DNA from: Leucoraja ocellata
Taxonomy: Eukaryota
Length of the DNA: 64,000 bases
Reading direction: 5' to 3'
Assembly (NCBI GenBank): GCA_036785375.1
Contig: JAWMAR010000462.1
Location: 558,001 to 622,000 of the forward strand
The notes under the pieces: generated by a model
Databases searched by the model: none
The model's input: the letters and a program-made list of their open reading frames with translations, nothing else
Told to the model about the DNA's origin: nothing
Translations under genes and position numbers: made by a program
Shown: positions 63,237 through 64,000 of the stretch, piece after piece
Position numbering within the stretch: position 1 is the first letter of the stretch
Layout of the letters: every line of letters begins with the position of its first letter

Positions 63237-64000
63237 CATCCAGATTTCTTTCTTATTTAACAATAGGTGTGTGGCCCTTTATGTACCAGGGTCTATCTGC
63301 CCGATATGGAAGTATTACTGTAGGAGTTCATCCTTGGTCCTTGGCATTTACTCTTTTGCACTTTTTTATCTACTCTCCTATAAACAAGAGAGCAGCCTTT
63401 GAAGGGAATCTCAAACACATTTTCATTGTGTGTTAAATTGAAAATTTGCCAGTAACCAGAAATTCTCAGTCAGCTTAAAGTTCACCCAACTTGCACCCAA
63501 AATAGAGGATAATCCTAAAATATGCAGTCAAGCCAAAAAATGGAAAAATGTTCCAACTGTAGGCAACTATTAATGGAGTAGTTACAACTATAATATGCAA
63601 TTTTGCATTAAATGTTTTACTTCAGTGCAGATGGGGGGGAAAAAACAACACAAATGCTCTCACCATCTTTTGCATATATTTTGATGGAAAATAAGTAGAA
63701 TTGGGGTCCCAAAACTAACTTCTGAAAAATTATATTCAGCAACATTAGAATTAAGTATATTCAAATAGTTAACTAAAAGAATTGTTATGGTCAGTTTCAT
63801 TATAATGAATGTTTCACAAATGTTCTCGTAAATACATTAACTCCTTGTAGTGACATGGTTAATTAATGTGCAAATTATAGTCTGAGAAAGGTCCTGAAAC
63901 ATAGTCTGTCCATTTACCTTTACAGAAGCTGCCTGACTTGCTGATTTCTTCCTAAGTTTTTTTGCAAAATATTCCAACATCTGTAGCCACTTGTGTCTAC

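Overview
Eukaryotic, AT-rich, repeat-dense vertebrate DNA. The repeat complement (CR1 LINE tails, Penelope terminal repeats, HE1/V-SINE-like piece) points to a cartilaginous fish, probably a skate or ray (inference). The only host gene I can support is the 5' part of COL27A1 (collagen XXVII alpha-1) on the minus strand: coding exon 1 at 41165-41116, exon 2 at 17052-16982, and exon 3 from 1048 running off the window start. These splice in frame to a signal peptide followed by the TSPN/LamG domain. Most other ORF-track entries are transposon debris (CR1, Rex1/Babar, L2, RTE, Nimb/I-group with RNase H, Penelope, Gypsy, DIRS, Tc1 and Harbinger MITEs) or noise. The most striking observation is a ~137-bp retroposon present twice in COL27A1 intron 1 (27741-27877 and 36280-36417), in the gene's sense orientation. 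Its first 54 nt fold by hand into a minimal HDV-like ribozyme starting exactly at the element's 5' end, followed by a structured 3' domain, an (AAG)n tail and target-site duplications. Penelope-derived minimal hammerhead motifs, including a palindromic double copy, are also scattered through the window. All folds and family assignments are by eye and from recollection; no search or folding program was run, and most repeat boundaries are approximate.
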